Origin: Paraspadella gotoi
Taxonomy: Eukaryota; Animalia; Chaetognatha
Direction of reading: 5' to 3'
DNA: 64,000 nucleotides
Assembly: GCA_051294375.1 (NCBI GenBank)
Contig: CM119263.1
Coordinates: 30,999,830 to 31,063,829, forward strand
Shown: positions 15,321 to 28,090 of the stretch, in pieces
How the letters are laid out: the number at the start of each line of letters is the position of its first letter
How positions within the stretch are numbered: position 1 is the first letter of the stretch
Notes under the pieces: generated by a model
Database searches by the model: none
The model's input: the letters and a program-made list of their open reading frames with translations, nothing else
What the model was told of the DNA's origin: nothing
Translations under genes and position numbers: made by a program

Positions 15321-16270
15321 CCCATTTCAAAATTGCCATCTCTAAATTTCCCAATGCCATCTCAACTTCCGCCATTTCAAAATTGCCATGTCTAAATTTC
15401 CCGATGCCATCTCAACTTCCACCATTTCAAAATTTCCATCTCTAAATTTCCCGATGCCATCTCATCTTCAGCTATTTTGAAATTGCCATCTCTAAATTTC
15501 CCGATGCCATCTCATCTTCGGCCATTTTGAAATTGCCATCTCTAAATTTCCCAATGCCATTTCATCTTCCGCCATTTTAAAATTTCCATCTCTAAATTTC
15601 CCGGTGCCATTTCATCTTCCACCATTTTGAAATTGCCTTTTCTAAAATTCCCAATGCCATTTCATCTTCCGCCATTTTGAAATTTTCATCTCTAAATTTT
15701 CCGATGCCATTTCATCTTCCGCCATTTTGAAATTGCCGTCTCTAAATTTCTCGATGCCATTTCATCTTCCACCATTTTAAAATTGCCATCTCTAAATTTC
15801 CCAATGCCATTTCATCTTCCACCATTTTAAAATTTCCATCTCTAAATTTCCCGATGCCATTTCATCTTCCGCCATTTTGAAATTGCCATCTCTAAATTTC
15901 CCAATGCCATTTCATCTTCCACAATTTTGAAATTTCCATCTCTAAATTTCCCGATGCCATTTCATCTTCCGCCATTTTGAAATTGCCCTCTCTAAATTTA
16001 TCGATGCCATTTCATCTTCCACCATTTTGAAATTGCCATCTCTAAATTTCCCAATGCCATTTCATCTTCCACAATTTTTAAATTTCCATCTTTAAATTTC
16101 CCAATGCCATTTCATCTTCCGCCATTTTGAAATTGCCATCTCTAAATTTCTCGATGCCATTTCATCTTCCACCATTTTGAAATTGCCATCTCTAAATTTC
16201 CCAATGCCATTTCATCTTCCGCCATTTTAAAATTGCCATCTCTAAATTTCCGGATGCCATCTCATCTTCC
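15321..16270. repeat. 50-bp tandem satellite, ~19 copies, GCCAT-rich
   Basis: Unit gccattttgaaattgccatctctaaatttcccgatgccatttcatcttcc with exact 50-bp period. Confidence 0.95.
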
Positions 16271-16351
16271 GTTAATCATCGAAAAGGAAAAAAAGAGGTG
16301 GAAAATGTGAGCGTAAAATTTATCACTAACGGAAAAGAGAAAAGTTTTCAC

Positions 16352-16416
<65 letters not shown>

Positions 16417-16771
16417 GGAGAGAGAAGAGATGGAAAACGGTCAAGATTGTGAAGTGGGTCAAAAATGGAAAAGGTTAAAGGGGGGATTCAAGATTGTGAA
16501 ATGTTGGGGAGAGGTCAAGATTATGAAATTTCGAGTGGGACAGAAATGGAATTTTTTTGATGAAGGAACTTTAATGGAAATTGTAAAAATTTAAGATCGT
16601 TAAGATAGATATATATATATATTGGAGTGTGTCAAAAATTAATATTGCTCAATCTACACTGCGACAAGTTATTATCTCTTTAAGTTTAACGAAATTTTCT
16701 ATTCAATAAATAATGATGGCGCAAAGAGGAAAGAAGAGCCAAGAATTTAAACCTTTTAACCAACAGTAACT

Positions 16772-16990
16772 TTTTTAGTTGCGCCGCATGTACTCGCGGA
16801 GCTACTCTTTTCGGTCCATCTGTCGGTCGGTCCGTCAGTATGTCTGTCCGTCGGTCTGCCCCACTTACGTTAAAAATGCATATAATTTGCCTATAGTTGG
16901 TTGCTCATTTGTTAATACAGATATAATTTTGATGTAGGGCATGTCATAAATACACGGGCAAGGAAAGTTTTTTAATCATGTCATATCATA
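16772..16990 (-). mobile_element. HINE/DINE-1-like element, copy 3 (inverted)
   Basis: tttttagttgcgccgcatgtactcgcgg...ccacttacgttaaaaatgc is the reverse complement of copies 1 and 2. Confidence 0.65.
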
Positions 16991-17132
16991 TCACCGTTCT
17001 TGTTTAATCATAAACAATAATTGTCCCACGCCTCATTTTTTCCTTCAGGCCAACTTCTTTCCTCATCCTCCTCTTCCCCCGCCTCCTCTTCCTCCTCCTA
17101 CTTACGCCGCCTACACTCATCCTCTTCATCAA

Positions 17133-18502
17133 ATGGACGACTTTGGCGGAGAATCGGGTCAGTTGACAATGTTTAAAACTAACATGACATATCATAGTCA
17201 AACCGCGTTCCTCCGCGCCTTTGTCCTTCAATATCCCAGCAGCTCATCCCTTCCCAGTTTTCCCCGCCTCCGTCGAACCCATGCAACATCCCGAGGGTGC
17301 GGCGGGGACCTTCGCCTTTCTGCAGCAAGATGCTGCAGCTTCGAGACTCATCGATCGAAGCGACGTCGCGGCAGCATCAGCGAGAGGGGAAGGAGCAGCC
17401 ACTGCAGAAGAATTACAGTGTCAGTCTTATCAAATGTTAACGACTACAACTACGTCTTTCAACGGATCACAGGTTATGAAAGGAAAAATAAGAATTATCA
17501 TTAAATTTTTACTAATAATTTACTAATACAAAATTGACCTTATTACGATCGGGCAGTCAAAATTGGTCAGAGTAAAATAAAGTGAGGCGAGACATTACTT
17601 TTTTTCCTTAATCCATAATCCATTTCATCCGTTTTTGTAAAGATGAAACATTTTCTTTTAAATTAAAACAATTACTAGCATAAATGTTTTCTTTTTCAAC
17701 ATTCTAAAATTTTATTAACTTAAAATAACTCCAATCCAGATGTCGCCTTCGGCCAACATCGATCAATCCAACTTCTTCGTGACCATCCCATCGTCAGTCG
17801 CGTCAAATCCCTTTGTCGATCCATCGCATCCGGACTGTGCTCCACCCAACCCTTTGCCAGTTCCAACGAATCCTTCCAACGCTTTCTCTGCTCCTCCTAA
17901 TTCCTCTCCTCCGCAGCCTTCATCCTTTCTCTCTTCTTCACTTCATGATTCTCAATCTCTCGAAATCTCTTCTATTCCTTCTCTCTTTCCTTCGTCTCTC
18001 CCTTTTCACCTTCCTCCCATCCCTCCCTCTCTTCCTCCCATCCCTCCCTCTCTCCCACCTTCAACTCATCCCTTCCCCGTCGATCAATTTTCTTCCTTCC
18101 CTGCTTCCCTGCCTTCTACGAACCCCGCATCCATGCCATCTTCCCTTCCACCCAGCGTTCCTGCTTTCCCTGCTACCATGCTGCCAACGTCGCACGCCGC
18201 CTCCGCCGCTACAACGTCCTTGCCAGAGGCGGTACCGCCTCCCTTGCCTCAACCTGCTTCATGGAGCGATCTCGAACGGGCAGCGATTTCTAGGTAACTC
18301 AATCAGATAAAATGCTCTCCATTTTTGTTCTTTCGCAGCTGCTATAACATTTAGTGATTCTATGTCCTTTATTATATTCTTAAATGCTTCTAAATAATCA
18401 TTAAAATTCCAGACCAAAGCTGAAAAAATCTTCGAACGCGGATCTTCTTTGATTCGCGACGTCAGTTTGAGTGTCGCGTATCTGACGTCACCTGCAACAT
18501 GA
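17133..18502 (+). CDS. Four-exon Pro/Ser-rich orphan gene (~300 aa)
   Basis: Exons ~17133-17157, 17243-17472, 17740-18293 and 18413-18502 with GT-AG borders and matching phases (1, 0, 2). Reads MDDFGGESAHPFPVFPASVEP...SDLERAAISRPKLKK...PAT*. No family recognised. Confidence 0.55.
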
Positions 18503-19023
18503 CTTCATCGGGCCTCGATGTCGCATCTCATTGGACGTGATTGGCCGATTGATGGAAATCATCAAAAATCAAAACTCAACTGTCAATCTTCAGCCGAAAG
18601 GACAGCAGCAACCTAACGCTAATTGTTTACTTTTAATTATGAGGCGAAAGTTCAGTTCTCGTGTTTTTTTTGTATTTCTCATTATTTTCGTGTTATTAAT
18701 TTTTTTGGAATAATAAGCATGTCATAGAAATTTTTGTAATTTTTTTACGACTAGTGATTTTAATAGCTAGTTAGCTTTAGACTAACTAGCTTTAGACTAA
18801 CTTATTTAGTAATTCCGTCTTTATTTTCGGTGATTAAATAATAGTGCTTCTCGATTTTCTTTTGTTTAAGTTTGTTTGTTTTCATAAAGAAAGACGATTA
18901 ACGTAACAACAACATTCGGCGCTAAAAAAAACGACTAAAAATGCTACGTATAAAATGGGCTGGTCGGGGGAGAGGGGATAGGGAGAGAGGAGAGATTTGT
19001 GAAATGGAGAGGGAAGATAATCG

Positions 19024-20090
<1,067 letters not shown>

Positions 20091-22755
20091 GGTGGAGTGA
20101 GGGGGTGGTGGAAGGATTGAAGGCGCGAGTTTGAGTGAGAGAGAGAAATCTAAAGCGAGCGTCGAAACTTGTGATTGTATTAAAGTATTGAAATCCTAAG
20201 TATTTCCTTCGGCCGGGGTTGTGTTTCCGTTTTTGTTTTTTTTACTTTTTGTTTCTTAATGATTCTTTTTTTTTAATCTTAGAATAAAGAAAAAAACGGA
20301 TGAGATAATCGATAGAGAGAGAAATTTTTATTTTTTTAAATTTTTGTACGTAAGTCCAATACGATTAATGATGAAAAATAGTGTTAATAATAAAAGTATT
20401 ATCACCCAAATGAGGTTTTCTTTTTCAATGTGCAAAAAACAGAATCGGAATATGAAAAAAGGTTTCGTGTGTTAATAACAAGGACGTTCACCTTAGTGCC
20501 TGTAGTTATCATCTACTTAGGTAGATTTGTTTGAAAGAAAAACTATCAAAAAATCATGATAATCATTTAGTGGAATTTCAATGAAAAAAAAAGAGATTGA
20601 AATCGTCGAATACACACCATGTAGTAATATTACTGGGCGATAACACAATAATATATACTATATAGCCATTAGCAGAATACATGGCGAAAAAAGACGAATG
20701 CGTTATAAATATTTAAACGCTGAATAATTAATGCCGTGAAGGAAACCTAACATATTATTAACCTTTGTCACTTTGGCATTTAGTTTAGTACGTGCTCTTT
20801 CTATCCCAGACCGCGTTTCAATTTTTCAACTTTGGTGGGAGAGAGAGAATAACAAGGACAAACAGTCGCAATAACAGACAGACGGGCAAAAGTTAGATGG
20901 ACGAAAAAATTGGTTTGGAGAAGCGAAGCAACAACCAGAAAATTCCCAAAGTAGCAAAGCTTCAAGTATCGTTGCCCAGACATTTCTATGAGCGATAACA
21001 AACAAGGATAACAATAAAGACTTTCGTCAAACCATCAACCATCACTCTAAGCGACGCTTCCGTTGCACAGATCTTTGTCAGACCTCCATACAGGGAATTC
21101 AATCTTGAGCTTAAGACTTAATTAAACTCGTAATTCTTTCACTGTATATTATTTTTATAACATTTTTATAACATTTATTAGTTAGAAAACTACTTGACGT
21201 TTATGTTAACCTAAAAAAATGTTCAAATTTCCCCAATAGTATAATCACAATGGCTCTCAAGAGCAGAGTAACTTTTTTAATTTTTTTCGTCCAAATTTTA
21301 AGTTTTTAACAATTTAACCATATTTAATGATGATTGTGAAGTTATCTGATATAAAATAAATTTTTTTGTTGATAAAAAATCAGTTTAATAATTTATTATA
21401 AACAAAATATTTTCCCCCCCCCCAAGCTGAAATTTCTATTTTTAATAGATTTTAAAAGGAAAACATAATGATTATTATCAAATATTATTCATATTATAAA
21501 TTTTTTTTATTCTGCTTTGTAATAAATTTATTACAGTATCTTATTAACCATAAAAATGAAGCATGAAAAAAAAATTCAATTGTTTTAACGGGAACTGAAG
21601 GATAAATGGTAAAATAAATAATTTTTATATTAATATAAAAAAAATTATAACCTGATTGCTCCTCATTTCGTATCACTCCAGATTGAAGTCCCTGTAATTC
21701 GTTTCTGCATGAACTCAACCAAAGATTACATGTAGTTATTGCCACGAAAAGAGCGGTAATATATAGCCTAATTTGGATACTAGCGATTATTCGTTTTGCC
21801 AATTTCACTATGAGTATCGCGATACATTTAATAATTAAATTATTAATAAATAACTACAAAGAGACACGAGCACTTCCCAGCAATTAGCAATTAACGGCAC
21901 AAACATGAAAAAATATGTATGGAGTGATATGACTTTTCATTCTTTATTTTGGTGAATGTAAAATGTTGGCGAAATTTAAAATAATTATATTTTCATTTGT
22001 ACCCAAATATGAATATCCGGACGCCTTGAGGTAATCAGCTTGTTATTTCATTATTTTAAATGACGCTTTGAGTCGAAACTGTACAAGAGACACAAAATTC
22101 GAAAACGAGGATTAAATGAATTAATATTCTTTAGTAAGTCTCGTTACAATTCATGTATCAATTTTTTAAAAAGATATTTTAGCTGATAAGTTTAGGAATA
22201 ATTTAATTAATAAACCTCACTCTGACCCCAGGGATAGCTAAATAACATATAATCCTCGATCCCGAATTTAATTCTCTCTCAACAATATCAAATTATATAT
22301 TTTTTCAATTTATCATAGAAAAAATAGCTCATCTGTATTTTTAACACCTTTGATTAATGTGGCTACAATGATACGGTCGACGACACTGTTCTTGAATGAC
22401 TAGAATATATGATATTGCTGTAATCGCAATTCCTTGAGTCATGACTCTGCAAGAATTGCAATATTCATCAGTGATGAAATCCCGCCATCAACCATAACGA
22501 TAGACGCGTTGAAATCACCTTTAAAGCGACATAACAATCGCTATCAGGAGATGAAACAATAATTGCATAGGTCACAAGGCCAGGATTTTTCGAGGAATTT
22601 CAAAGACGATTCGCAATATTGGCTCTACGTTTGCCACTTTTTCCCTTATAAATCTCAATCGTCGTCAAAGACGACAAAAATCAAACCCTAGAGGGGGCCC
22701 AGGACGTCCACAATGATCGGCCTCGCTTTAGCTTAGAGAACTAACAATCTCAGAC

Positions 22756-22997
22756 CAATAGCCATCTTCACCTTTAGACCAATAGACATCCTTTCCCTCC
22801 CTCTTTCACGCCAACAGCCATTCTCTCCTTTCACGCAAACAGCCATTCTCTCCTTTCACGCAAACAGCCATTCCCTCCTTTCACGCCAACAGCCATTATC
22901 TCCTTTCAAGCCAACAGCCATTATCTCCTTTCACGCCAACAGCTATTCTCTCTTTTCTGGCCAACAGCAATCCCCCTCCCTCTTTCACGCCAACCGC
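22756..22997. repeat. 25-bp tandem repeat in the hyccin 3' UTR, overlapping the stop codon
   Basis: About 8 ttctctcctttcacgccaacagcca units. Confidence 0.85.
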
Positions 22998-25771
22998 CCT
23001 CCGCCAAAATCCACGCTGCCTCCGCCGACCATCGAGATCTTTCTCGCTGTGGCCAGCGTCATCATGTCGATCTCTCCGTCGCCGAGGAAGGGGGTGGCGG
23101 TGAGGCGGTGCCGCTCGTCCCCGTGGCGGTCTTCGTGCTGCAAGACGCGGTCTTCGCGGTGGAGATGCCGATCCTCGTGCAGCAGGTGGCGATCCTCGCG
23201 GTGGAGGTGCCGCTCATCGTGGAGAGGGTGACGGTCGTCGGCGGATGTAGCCGCCGTGACGGAGAGACGAGGGTGCAGGCTGGAGAGGTGGGTGGAAGGA
23301 TTGTCCAGAGATCTGAGGAAGAAATATATTCGTCGCTTATTTCGTATTCTTCGGTCAACCTCCGCCCATTTTGGCAAAATTTTGGCAAAATTTTTGCCAG
23401 CAACACCTCCTCACCTGCCGATCTCACCGCCGCCGCCGCCGCCGATCTCGTCCAAATCGACGGCAGAGTCGTGCGGCGTCTTCAACTTCCCCTCATCCGT
23501 CGCCGACGACGACGCCGGCGAAGATGTCGCCGCGATCGACGCCCGATGGTCGCGCATCTGCGCCATCGCCCGCTCGCCGGTCTTGCGGAGAGCGGACTTG
23601 AGGGTGGTGCCTTTGGGGACCTAAAATGCGGGGTGGATGAACGAGGGAATGAATGGATGAATGAGGGAATAAATTGTTTGTATGAAGGCGATTCTCTCTC
23701 ACTTTAAATCCGTGACCCTTGGAAGTCTTCTCGTTATTGACAGTGAGTTGGAGTTGCTCCGCGGCCTGAGTCACGTCGATGGAGACATCGCCGGCGACTT
23801 CGGTCACGGGCACCTCCTCCTCCTCTTCCTCCTCATCCTCTTCCTCAACTCGGGGGTCCGAGGGAAGCTGCTTCGTCCTGTTTTATTTAGAAAAGAAGAG
23901 AAGGAAGAGGAAAAGCAGAGAGTAAAGCAAGAGGAAGAAAATATGAAGTGAAAAGAGGAAAGGAGGAGGGAGAAGGAAAGGAGAAAAAGAGGAGAGAGTA
24001 AGGACAGGAGATGGAAGAGAATATAAAAGGAAATTTTGTCAGAAAAGAGGGAAAAAAGAGGGAATGGGGAAAAGAAAAAAATGATTTTATTCAATAAAAC
24101 TTGAAGTTAGATTAACACAGAGGGAAAGAATCGGGATAGATAATAATTATGATTGTCTATCCATTCGGTGCGGGTAGACTGAGCACTGGAATTACGTACG
24201 AGGCAAAATGGCTATTAAATATTACGTATTTAACATTCCAGTCGTTCATTTTTACCACTTCTAAGCGTTCATTATTTCTTTCTCAGTGAGATTAATTCAT
24301 CTTTAACCATAAGCGTAGTTCACAACAGTGATGGTCCGAAACAATGCTTTCGTATTAGAAATGTTCTAAAAAAACTTCGATTCGACAATAAAGGTGCATG
24401 AGTGGGCGCGGTGATAGCGTGGGCCCGACAAGGAATCTCACGGGACACCGAGCCAACTAAAAATTATCTATAAAGGTTTAAATAGAATTTAAAGCTCGTT
24501 AATTTAAGGAGATTAGCCCTTCTCTCTACAATAATGCTATTAATGCTAATAATATTAATACATATTAACACAAGAATTAAAAGAGAAAAATTTGTTTTCC
24601 TCGATCCAAAAATTAACGATATCACGATAGAAAAGTTATAAAACCACCAATTCCTACTGAAATATATTGTAACGATCTGTACTACGTTTCATGACTGCGC
24701 TAATAACCGCACGGATTACGAAATGCAATTTGCAAAGTGAGTTTATGTTTCGGGCCACGGGAAAGGGGGGGCGAAGGGAGCGAGGGACTCACCTGGACGC
24801 ATCGAAAGACCCGTCGCTGAATGATTGCATTAAATCGACCATCGGTTAAGTTTTTAGCTGTACATACGCATTATCATCTAATTACAATAAGATACGGCTA
24901 CGAAATAACGAAAGTAAATCCGCGCAAAAGTTAAGTCATTACAGGAATAGGTCAAATGATTTAAGTTAAGAACTTTTTTGTTTTTAACAACAAACATACG
25001 CATCAAAAACATTAAGTTATATTCTTCAACCTGAAGGACGCGTTGGTGATCTTGGATCGGGCGAGGCGACTTCCCGCGACGACAGGAGTCGCCGCTGGTA
25101 CCGGAGAGAGAGTCTCCTCCGCTGAGAGACCCATCGGCGCTGCCTCCGATTGAGGCGCGTCAAAGCAAGAGTCCTACATTGAGAAAGAAGGAATCAGCAA
25201 TGAAGGCCAAAAGAGTTCGGCGATGATAGAAATTAAGAGTTTAAATACAAAGAATCAGTAAAGAAGGCCAGTGTTGGATAGAAACTTTGTTCACAATCAA
25301 AGGTTAATTAAATTTTGTGTCTTATAATAAGCGAGAAGCGAAAAGGCTCTACAAATGCCAATATGTAGGAACGAAAATCTCCATCTCCCATCTCCACTAC
25401 AAATGTCATTCCCACCCTCGACTTCCCCCCCCCTCACTTACCTTGGTCGCGTTCTTGATCGCGTTGACGAGGAGCATCGTTTCCGGAAAGAGTTCGAACC
25501 CGCAGCGCCGCCCCAGCGCCTCCACCGCCGCCGCAGCCGTCGCCGCCGTCGACGGCGAATAGAGGGCGGGGTAGACGCCCAGCGTCATCTCGAGGAGGAG
25601 GCGAGGAGAGACGGCGACGCGGCGGAGGGGGGCGGAGGACGAAGGGGAGGAAGAGGAAGAGAGGGATGAGGCTGAGGTGGAAGGGTGGAGGAAGGAGACG
25701 CCTCGTCGAGTTAAAGGTGGTGGATGGGTGGGTGGGGATCTGGTGGGGGAAGTTAAATGATAAGATTAATT

Positions 25772-25824
<53 letters not shown>

Positions 25825-27555
25825 GAGAGAGAGACCTGTGCGAGGGTTGTAAGGGAGGCGAAGTCGGAACGGACGAAGAAGCCGACGACGCTGCTCCGCC
25901 GAGTGTATCATCTCCATCGCGGCCGACGCAGCCGCCGACCAGCATCCCAGCAGAGCAGACCCCGATCGTCATCCGGCAAAAGTCCAACCTCGAAGACGTG
26001 GGCATCTCCGCCGCGACCGAGTTGTACATGTGGAGGAGATGAGAGAGGACGACCTCTCGATTGCGGGCGTTGAACCCTGAGGCGGGAGGAAAGGGACCGT
26101 AGGCCAGCACCTGAGGAGGAGGAGGAGGATGAAAAGATTTGCAAAAGATAAATCGGTGGACATGTGACAGAACAATTTAATCTTTCTTTTTAAAGCTAAT
26201 ATCATGACGAATCGAAATGATTTACAAATTCATAATCGGAGGACATTAAACGGACATTTTTCCTGGAGCCAAGTCCCTGATAAAACCTTATTTTTCTTAA
26301 ATGACCAATCGAAACTATTGAGATCTGACTTTATTCACTACTTTACTTAATTCTTTACACTTAATGATTAAAGACTAAAGAGAATGCAGATTCGTCCCAA
26401 TAAATTTTGGAATTACCTAACCTTGTCCCAGAAACTGACCTTAGACCCGGCTCCAGGCCGATCTAAACGATTGAGTTCGGACTCAGTCAGCGCGAGGTTC
26501 CCAATGAGGTTTGCGGGTTCGTGGAAGACTGAAGGACGAGCGAGCGACGGGACAGCGAAGGAAGTGACTTTTGGCCGACCGTCGGGTCGCACTGAACACG
26601 CATATTAAATTGGTACGACCAATATATTAATTAACCAATATCCATTCAATCAATAAATAAGCCATCTTGCTCCTGTCTCCATCCCTCATAAGATAATAAC
26701 AGCGTTTAAACAAGATTCTCTCTCAGTCTAGTTTATTCACCGTCTTCCCTATCAAAGTGTTTCAATTGTATAAAAGGACCACTCCTTAAGTATTTAATAC
26801 TACTAAATTGTATTATATTGTATGAAATTGGTACAACCAATATAAAAATTATCCATTCATTTAATAAATAAGCCTTCCCCCTGGAAAGGCTTTGGTGGTT
26901 TAAGGCCTCCATCTCTCTTACAAGATAATCACGATATAATACGATGTGTATTTCAGAAAAACAAAAACTTGCACAAAAACTACACAAAATTGACCTAAGG
27001 CCATTGTCATCGCCTTACCTACGTCTAAGTTGTAAACGCCGAGGAGAAATGTCTCCAAAGCGGAGACGTCACGAAGGGAGGAAAAAGAAGAAGAAGCGAG
27101 AGAGAGGAGATAAGTTTCAATGAGAACGGGGAGGAATTGGAGGGAGAAGAGACGGAGGGGGAAGGAGGGATGGGAGGAAGGGTCGTCCGGGAAAGCCTGG
27201 GAATAGAGAAGGGGGGAGAATGAAAGAAAAAAAAAGTCTCTCTCTCTCTCTCTCTCTCCTTTCACACCTGTCGGTAGAACTGAAAGAGTTGATGGCAGAT
27301 CGAGGACAGGAGACTGGCATCGGGCATCGCTCCATTGCCGACGCCGGCCCACGACCGGACGCAGGCGGCGATGGCGTCGGGGAGACGGGCGTCCTTGGCG
27401 ACGGCGGCTGCGTAGACGGGCAGATCGGTCGGACGTAAAATCTTAAAGTCCTTGAGCCAATCGCGGACGGAGTCTGGTACGCCGTTGGAGACAGAGTGGA
27501 GGGCGGGCGATGGGGAGAGGCGGGGCGAAGGGCGGGAGGGACCAGCGTCTTTCAT
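22985..27555 (-). CDS. HYCC1: Hyccin / FAM126 (PI4KA complex subunit), 8 exons plus a candidate microexon
   Basis: VRDWLKDFK; ICHQLFQFYR; FSLQFLP; LLGVYNL; SFAVPSLARPSVFHEP; FELFPETMLLVNAIK; ITNASFR/TKQLP. All splice phases are consistent. Confidence 0.93.
26605..26935. repeat. Dispersed repeat in a hyccin intron, related to 12180-12580
   Basis: Shared blocks and an internal duplication of tatccattca...aataaataagcc. Confidence 0.7.
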
Positions 27556-28090
27556 GGCGACGAGGGAGTTGAAAGGGAAAAAACGAGGAAGAGGAATCCA
27601 GACGTCAAACTTTTTAACGTTTTCTCATTATTGGGTTTGTTTTTTTTGTTTTGAAAGGCGTTTTATTATTTTCACTTCATTTTTTTTTGTTTCTATCATA
27701 TTTTTTAAAGTAACTAAGTTGTGAAAAGGAAACGTATGAAACAAAGGGAAAGGGGAACAAATTAACTATAATGCGACCTAAAAATAAACGCATCAATCGT
27801 AAATAGTTCGCGATGATTAATGTAGATGGTTTTTATTTTCTCTCGTCGAAATTACAGCAAATCCTATGAGCAAACATGATTGCATGAGCAATTGTTTATT
27901 GTTTGGATTTTTTTTCAAATTCGGTACTAAAGTCAACAGGTTTTATATAAATTTATAGATTAAATTCAGATTCAAGAATTGACAAGAGAAAACAAGAATC
28001 AACGCAGTCTCAAGTTTTTCTTCGTCATCTCAAGACCCATCCACGAACATCGCATCTTCTTCTCATTTAAGATTCTCCTTCTTTATCTCT

